Below, piece after piece: positions 16,437 through 23,741 of a DNA stretch of 37,234 bases. A model generated the notes under the pieces. The model saw only the letters and a list, made by a program, of their open reading frames with translations. It ran no database searches and was not told where the DNA came from. Every line of letters starts with the position of its first letter. The stretch's first letter is position 1. Source of the stretch: a virus. Lineage: Duplodnaviria; Caudoviricetes. The position numbers and the translations under genes are program-made. The stretch is from IMG/VR virus record IMGVR_UViG_3300038315_001257, positions 1 through 37,234 of that record. The stretch is one strand, 5' to 3'.

Positions 16437-18476
16437 TTAGATAGCTTCCCAGTTGGTAGCGTCGTATGATACATACTGCACATTGCTACCACTTGCCAGC
16501 GTAGTAGACGTATCTACACCTGCGCCCAGATCATCTCCTGACGCGGGAAATATCTGCAAAGTGTTCGCCCCGTTATTGATAATTACAATCTTATACCCTG
16601 CTACTGCTGTAGGTAACGTTACCACATCGTTAGCATTTCCAACCGTCGCTACCTCGTTTATTTCTGCTGTCAACGCTCCTTGACCCTGCGACTGCGTAGT
16701 TGATGCCGTCAATCCCGCATTCACGTCACGAGTAATAAGATCGTCGTCTCCCATAGACAATGCAGAACTGGGGGTTATTGTTCCGATTCCAACTTTCCCG
16801 TCCGCGACCACTCGAAACAAATCTGTTCCAGCCCTATCGCGAATCCCTAACGGATAATCAGATGTTCCGTTTCCGGCCTGTATCAGAACTCCCTGGCCCT
16901 GGCCGTTGGTTGTATCTAAATTCCTGAAAGCGAAAGCGAAAGCGGTGCTATTCGCGCCGTCTGGAGCGCGGACATCTAAAAATTGATTTGGCGTTTCTAT
17001 TCCTATTCCTATCCTATCCGTACTTGCATCTACATGGATCATATGAGATAGCCCATCTCCGTGTACTTTAAAGTCGATATCAGCTTGTTGCTCATTCCAT
17101 ACTACCTCGCTACCTGCAAGCCCATCTCCTGAATTGAAAAAGACATTATCAGACGAGTCTGTCATCGTCATCAACGCACCTGTTTGCGATGCCGCCCCCT
17201 TAATGTGCAATCCTACTGATGATGTCGCGTCTGCAACTATCTCTAGCATCGCGTCTGGGTCTGTAGTATCACCTATTTTAAATTGTCCTCTGTGTATAGA
17301 CTGAATATCGGGATCAAAATATAATCCGTAAACATTACTTCCTGTATCACTATCGTTAATATAAAATCCGTAGTTATCGTCTCCGCCAGTTAAATCATGG
17401 ATATAGTATCCATAGTTCTCACTACTTCCCACTGTCGTTCCTATTGCCTCAACCGATACCCCATAATTCCTAACATTTAAAGAATTACCTGCTGTGAACG
17501 TTGGATTGGTTTTGACAAAGAGTCTCATCCCATATGTTTCTAGCGTATGTTGCATACCAGCACCGTCAAATGTCGGCCTTGAATTAATTGCAGAATCATA
17601 TCCATATACTTTTTGAGTCATTACAGAATCCGTAAAAGTACTGGTATTCGTCAAATCAAACTTCATTCCAAAATCCCTTTCCTGCGCAAAGACACTTATA
17701 TTTTCAAAGGTCGAGTTTAGCGTCAAATCAAAATCCATTCCCGCAATATCCTGAACTTGAATTATCCCAGTATCAGAACCATGTGTATTGGTAATGTCAA
17801 ACTTCATCCCTGTAACATTGAACGCATTACCACCTGATGTACTAATATCCATATCCACATCGTATCCTTGATATGCACTTGTCCCTGTATACGCATTGGT
17901 TGCGCCGTCAAGTTTCTGCAAAGTCGTGTCTGTGGCGCTTCCTTCTATGTGAAGGTTGGCTGTTGGTGCTCCAATGCCAATCCCCAGCCGATCATTCGTA
18001 TCATCCCAGAAAAAATTTGCGTTGTCCTCTGTTATTTCGCCAGTTGATCCGGCAAATAACGTACTCCCTTCTGTAAAACCGCTTACGGTATGCGTAACAA
18101 AACTCAATATTCCGTTCCCGTCGGTTTGTATGACTTGCCCACTTGTTCCGTCGGTAGGTGGCAAAGTGTAAGTTACATTTGACGCAATGGAACTTGTCGC
18201 TTGCAACGCTGTAAAATTACTACCAAAATCACTGTCTTCTAAAAATCGTATTACTCCAGACTGCCCGCTCGCGCCCCCCATACCCAAAGGCAAGCTCTTA
18301 CTTCTCGGAACTATTACACTATTATCTACACGAAACGCTGGCAATGATCCCATCGTAGACGTACCAGCACCTAGCAATGCGGATGTTCCTCCCTTATGCC
18401 ATTGATACTCGTTGTAGATAGATAGAGCACCCAACAAGATAAGTAATGGTACAAAAATTATAAATAGTTTTTTCAT
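16437..18476 (-). CDS. Fibre/adhesin-like protein with N-terminal TM segment
   Basis: TYTLPPTDGTSGQVIQTDGNG and repeated (R/K)(L/I/V)GIG..P...L motifs; central beta-helix-like YG repeats. Confidence 0.75.
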   Translation of the reverse strand: MKKLFIIFVPLLILLGALSIYNEYQWHKGGTSALLGAGTSTMGSLPAFRVDNSVIVPRSKSLPLGMGGASGQSGVIRFLEDSDFGSNFTALQATSSIASNVTYTLPPTDGTSGQVIQTDGNGILSFVTHTVSGFTEGSTLFAGSTGEITEDNANFFWDDTNDRLGIGIGAPTANLHIEGSATDTTLQKLDGATNAYTGTSAYQGYDVDMDISTSGGNAFNVTGMKFDITNTHGSDTGIIQVQDIAGMDFDLTLNSTFENISVFAQERDFGMKFDLTNTSTFTDSVMTQKVYGYDSAINSRPTFDGAGMQHTLETYGMRLFVKTNPTFTAGNSLNVRNYGVSVEAIGTTVGSSENYGYYIHDLTGGDDNYGFYINDSDTGSNVYGLYFDPDIQSIHRGQFKIGDTTDPDAMLEIVADATSSVGLHIKGAASQTGALMTMTDSSDNVFFNSGDGLAGSEVVWNEQQADIDFKVHGDGLSHMIHVDASTDRIGIGIETPNQFLDVRAPDGANSTAFAFAFRNLDTTNGQGQGVLIQAGNGTSDYPLGIRDRAGTDLFRVVADGKVGIGTITPSSALSMGDDDLITRDVNAGLTASTTQSQGQGALTAEINEVATVGNANDVVTLPTAVAGYKIVIINNGANTLQIFPASGDDLGAGVDTSTTLASGSNVQYVSYDATNWEAI

Positions 18477-19330
18477 TTATTTATAAGGTTAGAAAATAAT
18501 CCCTTTTTCCCCTGTTGTTCTTCTTCAGTTTGTTCCTCGTCTGTCTTTTCGATCGGTTGGATATTAAACGATATTTTTTTGGGCATTTGCCTCATTTCTT
18601 TTTTTAATTCACTGACTACTTTAACCAGTCCACTAACGTGATCGTCTATAGTTTTTACAATTACTCTTTCGCGCTTCTCTACGTCATTCTTTATCAACTT
18701 TAGGCTCTTTTGTATCCTTTCTATACCTGATAAATCCACAGATTCTGGGACAGGCAAAGTATCGATTGTCTGTACTATCTCCTCTAAACCAGATAATACC
18801 GGTTCTAAATCCGTGCTTTCTGGCTCTGGCGGCATGGCATTTAGTATTTTTGTTTGTGCTTCGGTAAGTGAATTTAAAACATTCGAAATTCCTGTTGCAA
18901 GATTATCGTATCTTTTTCCTATCCCTTCTTTGTATTTTGCCTCATGTTTTTTTACCTCTTTGGCAACTATTTTTTTTATCTTGTCGTAATCCACATCAAC
19001 GCCACCGCCACCCCCGCCGAACCGTCGTAATCTGTCCTGCACTAAGTATGTTTCCCCTTCGTCGGCGTGGTTGCTTGACTTGGTTGTATATTCCGAATCT
19101 GTATAAACGGATGTGGCAACTTTCAAGTAGAATCCTTGTCCACTTGTGTCTTGCGGCACTTGAAACGTACCTGTAAAATCTCCGCTCCCGTTATCAGTCA
19201 AATCAAGTGTTTCAATCAAAGCCGCTGTTTTGGCATTGCGAATTACCGCACGCACATAATAAGTGGTAGGGTCAGTGTGATCCCCAAGTAGACGGAAAGG
19301 AGTAAAATTCTCGCCCGGATGTAATTGCAT
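18473..19330 (-). CDS. Structural-module protein (beta domain, Gly6 linker, coiled coil)
   Basis: Overlaps the start of the fibre gene (ATGA); GGGGGG linker. Confidence 0.7.
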   Translation of the reverse strand: MQLHPGENFTPFRLLGDHTDPTTYYVRAVIRNAKTAALIETLDLTDNGSGDFTGTFQVPQDTSGQGFYLKVATSVYTDSEYTTKSSNHADEGETYLVQDRLRRFGGGGGGVDVDYDKIKKIVAKEVKKHEAKYKEGIGKRYDNLATGISNVLNSLTEAQTKILNAMPPEPESTDLEPVLSGLEEIVQTIDTLPVPESVDLSGIERIQKSLKLIKNDVEKRERVIVKTIDDHVSGLVKVVSELKKEMRQMPKKISFNIQPIEKTDEEQTEEEQQGKKGLFSNLINK

Positions 19331-19333
19331 TCT

Positions 19334-19711
19334 TTATTTTTCGACAGTTACTACTTCAACCGTTGTGGTAGCTATTGCCGTGATTAAACCTACGTAGAGG
19401 TTATCTGCATCAATCTCATAACTCTCGCCAGCGGCAAGTTCAATCCCTGTTTTCCATGCCGCGTCATTGCCTAAATTCACATACACAACATTGCTTGAAT
19501 CAATGTTAGTTATCATGGCGTATGCTCTCGCTGTATTAGCTGATAACACTGTAGTAGACGCACTTGTAACAGAAACAAGCGTATGGCTTACATCGCTTTG
19601 GAATCTGTTCACTTCTGGCCCACCTAACAAAACACTTGGCTCGGGATTGAAAAAATATGCATACCCGCCTACTGCCAAGATTATAACTGCTATTATAGCT
19701 AAATATTTCAT
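19334..19711 (-). CDS. Small beta-rich virion/decoration-like protein with N-terminal TM
   Basis: LAIIAVIILAVGGYAYFF then SASTTVLSAN..R...ITN...VYV...GIELAAGESYE. Confidence 0.75.
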   Translation of the reverse strand: MKYLAIIAVIILAVGGYAYFFNPEPSVLLGGPEVNRFQSDVSHTLVSVTSASTTVLSANTARAYAMITNIDSSNVVYVNLGNDAAWKTGIELAAGESYEIDADNLYVGLITAIATTTVEVVTVEK

Positions 19712-19740
19712 ATTAGTTTTTTAGGGATTATTCCCTGTTA

Positions 19741-19792
19741 AAATGTTTAAGTCTTCGCCGTCCCCTTGAGTACGGCGAAGTGATAAGCATTT
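19741..19792. other. Intergenic hairpin (terminator or processing site)
   Basis: CTTCGCCGT-10nt-ACGGCGAAG extended by AAATGTTTA/TAAGCATTT; no clear U-tail. Confidence 0.5.
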
Positions 19793-19799
19793 TATCGGA

Positions 19800-20345
19800 T
19801 TATTGACAGATTGAAGGCTGTGTCGTAGTAGCTTGAACTACGCCATTTAGTGTGGTGATATAGGTAAGACCACCATTATCATCATCCCCAAAGGAAAAAC
19901 ACCCACCTATGGTCGCACTCCCAACGGTAACCGTCGTCGAGGCTGATTGAAGGAATGTATTTGCTCCAGTAAACGAATTGGTCCCACTAGAAGTTATCGC
20001 ACCGCTTAGTGTTGTAGCTCCAGTCGCCGTTAGCGTTGTGAAAGCACCTCCGCGTGATCCGTCAATAGCTGCTGTGCCATCTACTTTTAATCCGTCTGGA
20101 AAATCTGGTTGGCCAAACTGCACAAGTCCACCTAACGCTGGCTCATCTCCTATTTCTCCCAAGGGTTCTACAACAACTTTGTTTTTGAATCCGCTTGGAA
20201 TGATAATCGAAGTCGCCTCGTCAAACGTGCCTGCAATAACATCTTTCGTGCTAGGCGATAGAATCGCGCCAGCTATAAGTCCTACTGCAAGACCGAGAAT
20301 ACCGATAAACATGCTTACCCGTAATATTTTTTTATTCATGTTCAT
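19800..20345 (-). CDS. Head decoration/fibre-like protein with N-terminal TM
   Basis: Likely start is MNMNKK at 20345, because the track start 20387 lies inside a hairpin; TM FIGILGLAVGLIAGAIL; Thr/Gly-rich; follows the capsid gene. Confidence 0.7.
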   Translation of the reverse strand: MNMNKKILRVSMFIGILGLAVGLIAGAILSPSTKDVIAGTFDEATSIIIPSGFKNKVVVEPLGEIGDEPALGGLVQFGQPDFPDGLKVDGTAAIDGSRGGAFTTLTATGATTLSGAITSSGTNSFTGANTFLQSASTTVTVGSATIGGCFSFGDDDNGGLTYITTLNGVVQATTTQPSICQ

Positions 20346-20407
20346 TTGTTTGGGTATAGGATGCGGGCAATCACAAGGATCACCCACATCATATTATGTT
20401 TATAGGT

Positions 20408-21676
20408 TTAGTATGCGTCCGAGCGCGTCTGTACGTCTACCATCATGACCTTTTGCTCGTTGAACGTCTTGATTCCATATGCCGTCCACGTCGCAACGTC
20501 GCTCCCTACATAACCGCTTCGTGGTTGTACTAAAGTGTTTGGAGATTTCTGTATAACCACATCAGTTGAAGCATTCACACCGAAGTACTGATGCTCAACT
20601 TGTTTTGCGGCGGTCCAAGTATCAGTTCCGTCCGTAAAGGTTTCAGATACAATTACATATCCCCAACCTTTAGAAACAAAGGTGGCTGTCGTTGTTGCAT
20701 CTGTTGCAGTGATGCCGTCTATGAGACTTCTATTAGCCGCCGTAAGTTCAACATAGAGAGTACCTGCCGCCTCTGCTGCAAGGCTTTCGCTGTTGTTTGT
20801 TGCCGCTACTATCGCGTCCACTGCCGTTGCCGCTGATGCACCAATTAAGATGTTACCAGCCGTAGTACCGAGAGTGGTCTTATACGTGAATGTAACACCA
20901 TTGATTACAACCGTATCGCCGTCCGTTGGCTGTGTTGCAACTGCAAGCGTACCAGTCCAGTACAATGCGTTGGAAATGAATAACTCAAATCCCAAGTAAT
21001 GACCAGCGTGTCCGCTTCGTGCAACTTGATCCCCAAATACTGATTCTTTTCCACCTACGTAATCAAGTAACGTAGCATAAAAGTCCGGAGAGATTGCCGC
21101 AACGCCATAACGTTTAACCATGTCGCTTTCACGTTTGCCTGTAAAACGATCATTCGGGTTAAGCAATATGTTGTTGCGTTGCATAAACTTCCTTGCTTGG
21201 ACAAAGACTTTATGCACGTTTGTCGTGGAAGCGGTTAATGCGGTCCCTGCGGTCCCGCCAAGGTCTCCATCGTCCACTGATTCAGTCGCGTTTGCGATTT
21301 CTGCAAGTGCATCCCCGTCTACTTTATTGAAGAGAGCAATCATTGAAAGCTCTGCGTACTTGTTACGCACTGATGGTTTGTTTTGGATTTCGTCCAACTT
21401 TTTAATGTAGAACGATGCGTCTTTTTCTTGATTGACTACCAACTGCTCGTTGGTGTCGGTTAGTCCCTGTCTCGTAAAAGCACCATCTGCGCCCATTGTC
21501 TTGGCGTAGATAGTTGAAGGGTACTCACGGTTGACGGTATCGCCAACTGAAAGCATGCCAGTAAGTCGTGTATTTGCAATAGCACGATATACAGGCACTT
21601 TGAGATTCGAGATTTGGTATTGTTTGTCCCAATGTTCTGGAATCCCCCCTGTTATTGTGTTTGGATTAGCTGCCAT
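20408..21676 (-). CDS. Major capsid protein (HK97 fold, P22-like) with insertion domain
   Basis: IPEHW, VGDTVN, G.Y.GFELFISN, AYGIKT motifs; follows the scaffold gene. Confidence 0.85.
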   Translation of the reverse strand: MAANPNTITGGIPEHWDKQYQISNLKVPVYRAIANTRLTGMLSVGDTVNREYPSTIYAKTMGADGAFTRQGLTDTNEQLVVNQEKDASFYIKKLDEIQNKPSVRNKYAELSMIALFNKVDGDALAEIANATESVDDGDLGGTAGTALTASTTNVHKVFVQARKFMQRNNILLNPNDRFTGKRESDMVKRYGVAAISPDFYATLLDYVGGKESVFGDQVARSGHAGHYLGFELFISNALYWTGTLAVATQPTDGDTVVINGVTFTYKTTLGTTAGNILIGASAATAVDAIVAATNNSESLAAEAAGTLYVELTAANRSLIDGITATDATTTATFVSKGWGYVIVSETFTDGTDTWTAAKQVEHQYFGVNASTDVVIQKSPNTLVQPRSGYVGSDVATWTAYGIKTFNEQKVMMVDVQTRSDAY

Positions 21677-21701
21677 AATTCGCTCACAAGGAGCGATAAA
21701 A

Positions 21702-22739
21702 CTATACTTTCATAGCCTTTCCGCCCCGTGATATATCAGTCCCTTGTTCAAGTTCCTGTTTCAATTGCCACTCGTTATATTTTTCGTACGTTTCTAAATC
21801 CATTTTGGCAACATCTTCGTCGGTAACTTGGTCAAAGGTTTTAGTTAGATTGTCTTCACGTTCACCATGAGAAGTAGAGGTTGATTCAGAAGTCTTCTTG
21901 ACTTTCGGCATTGTCCGTTCGGCCCAAAGATACACTGCGTCAAGAGGCGCGTTTACAAACTGTTTTGTAAACGCCAGCTCCTTAACTTTCTCCAAAAGCT
22001 CTGGCGCTTTGTCAAATCCGTCTTTTGTGACAGGCTTACCGTCTGCGTCCTTTTTGACCTTGCCTTTATCATCAAGTTCATAAAAAGTTTCGTTATAATC
22101 AACAGAAAATTGATTGTCTTCAAACTCTTTTTTCTTGATGCTTTCGGCATCGGCCTGCGCTTTTTGGATTGAGTCAAGTGTTTCTTTAGGCACTCCAATT
22201 TGTTTTTTTAAAGTACCAATTAGGTCTTCGATAAATGCCTTGTTTGTATCGTCAAGATTGTATTTTTCGAGGATGTCTTTTACATCCCCCGTTGTTACTG
22301 TGTCGTCTGTTTCCGCTTTGGTTTCCTTGAGTTGTTTCAACTCCTCGGTGGCTGTGCGGAACTTCTCTTTAAGCTTTTGGTGCTTTTTAAGAGATACATA
22401 GTCGTAACGCGGGGGTGTTTCTTCTCCGCTTTCGTTTTTTTCTTCGACTTCATCCTCGTTTTTTTCTTCCTCTGCTTCTTCTTCGGTTTCCTCTTCTTGC
22501 TCTTCTTCCTCTTGCTTGTCTTCTTCTTTTTCTTCCGTTTCCTTTTTCTCTTTGCTCTCGTCTGGTTCTTTTTCTTTTTTGACTTCTTCTGGGTCTTCCG
22601 TCTTAGCCTCTTCCTTCTCCTCCTCTGCTTGAGAGCCTTCCTCCAAGGTATCTTCTTCTTTTTGGGTCTCCTCAAGCTCTTTGTCGATATCGTTTGTTAC
22701 AGGCTCGATATCAGTTGCCTTTTCAGTTTTATCTGACAT
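21702..22739 (-). CDS. Capsid scaffolding protein
   Basis: Very Glu/Lys-rich N-terminus, YVSLKK plus coiled coil, C-terminal VAKMDLETYEKY; directly upstream of the capsid gene. Confidence 0.75.
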   Translation of the reverse strand: MSDKTEKATDIEPVTNDIDKELEETQKEEDTLEEGSQAEEEKEEAKTEDPEEVKKEKEPDESKEKKETEEKEEDKQEEEEQEEETEEEAEEEKNEDEVEEKNESGEETPPRYDYVSLKKHQKLKEKFRTATEELKQLKETKAETDDTVTTGDVKDILEKYNLDDTNKAFIEDLIGTLKKQIGVPKETLDSIQKAQADAESIKKKEFEDNQFSVDYNETFYELDDKGKVKKDADGKPVTKDGFDKAPELLEKVKELAFTKQFVNAPLDAVYLWAERTMPKVKKTSESTSTSHGEREDNLTKTFDQVTDEDVAKMDLETYEKYNEWQLKQELEQGTDISRGGKAMKV

Positions 22740-22751
22740 AAGATTGTATTG

Positions 22752-22856
22752 TGCCGTTGACTCGGCAAGTTAGTTATAAAGGGTAACTGCCCTATAGATT
22801 TTAGTGACTTTACTGTCATTGCTCTTGAACAGATTTTTTTGTGCGGTTCACTCCGC
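22752..22856 (-). promoter_or_regulatory. Four tandem hairpins with AGUNAA-type loops in the scaffold leader
   Basis: GCGG-AGTGAA-CCGC, AATGAC-AGTAAA-GTCACT, AGGG-CAGTTA-CCCT, TGCCG-AGTCAA-CGGCA. Confidence 0.65.
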
Positions 22857-22861
22857 TAGAG

Positions 22862-23122
22862 CTAAACTTGGGGTACTGACTGTTTTGTTTTTGTTGTAAT
22901 TTCTCCTTCTTTCACTTTCTTTTGTTCTCGTAATTCTGCTGGTGTAGGTACTTCGCCACGTTCTTCTTGTTCCGTAGCTTCTCGCATTTTACCGCCAATT
23001 TTTTCGGTATAACTTTCAGCATTCTTTTGGAATGCTTTACCGTGTACTTCTTCGCTATATGTGCGTTCATAACTGCCCTCTTTCTTAAACACACTATATG
23101 CGGTTATCTTTTTTGTTGCCAT
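22862..23122 (-). CDS. Hypothetical head-module protein
   Basis: 86-aa ORF (RTYSEEVHG..F..AE) coupled to the upstream ORF by TAATG. Confidence 0.75.
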   Translation of the reverse strand: MATKKITAYSVFKKEGSYERTYSEEVHGKAFQKNAESYTEKIGGKMREATEQEERGEVPTPAELREQKKVKEGEITTKTKQSVPQV

Positions 23123-23295
23123 TATCCTTCATACTCGCTTTGTGGCTCATATTGCATGCTTTGTTGTTGCATGTATACATCACGAGCCTCGCGAAGTGTT
23201 TTAATTGTTTGGCCGTTAGGTTTTTTAAGCCTGCCAGCCTCTAAACTGTCTGTAATATGTTTCGGTAAATTATAAGTGAATTTGTCATTTTTCAT
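23122..23295 (-). CDS. 57-aa protein ending YEPQSEYEG (not in ORF track)
   Basis: Manual translation MKNDKFTYNLPKH...QYEPQSEYEG; its TAA overlaps the next ATG. Confidence 0.65.
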   Translation of the reverse strand: MKNDKFTYNLPKHITDSLEAGRLKKPNGQTIKTLREARDVYMQQQSMQYEPQSEYEG

Positions 23296-23368
23296 TTTTT
23301 TTCCTTCGTTTATTGCGCCGTTCTCTTTTCCTTTTTGACGCCGACCTTTTGAATTTGTTTTTACCCAT
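23285..23368 (-). CDS. 27-aa Lys/Arg-rich peptide (not in ORF track)
   Basis: MGKNKFKRSASKRKRERRNKRRKKNEK; ATG is 1 nt after the upstream stop and the end overlaps the next start. Confidence 0.45.
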   Translation of the reverse strand: MGKNKFKRSASKRKRERRNKRRKKNEK

Positions 23369-23369
23369 A

Positions 23370-23741
23370 TTATTCGGTATATTTGATTGTTCCTGTGTCT
23401 GATATTTCTTCTAGGTTACGATCGATTGTCTGCTCCAACGACTCAAGGTTGCTAATAAACAATGAAAGTACCTTATGATTCCACCTTCTCTTTTCAAACA
23501 CTAACTTGCGTGCTTCCTCGCTCATATCCTCATTCATTTGTAAGCCTCTGTTGATCTGTTTGGTCTCATTTTCTAAAAATTCCAGCAACATCTGAATCCC
23601 GACCATTTCTAGCGCCTGCTGTTTCGATATGTCTTCAGTAACTTGTTTTTCGATCCTAGCAACAAAATCCTTTGACTCATCTTGGTATTCTGGGGTAAAT
23701 ACTTCACTTTTAAGTTTTTTTAGTTTTTCGTGTATTGTCAT
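23370..23741 (-). CDS. Hypothetical helical protein after portal
   Basis: ATGA overlap with the portal stop. Confidence 0.8.
   Translation of the reverse strand: MTIHEKLKKLKSEVFTPEYQDESKDFVARIEKQVTEDISKQQALEMVGIQMLLEFLENETKQINRGLQMNEDMSEEARKLVFEKRRWNHKVLSLFISNLESLEQTIDRNLEEISDTGTIKYTE

Noticed and set aside
22337-22675. Lys/Arg-rich alternative-frame ORF inside the scaffold gene
   Set aside because: By-product of GAA/GAG-rich codons in the acidic region.
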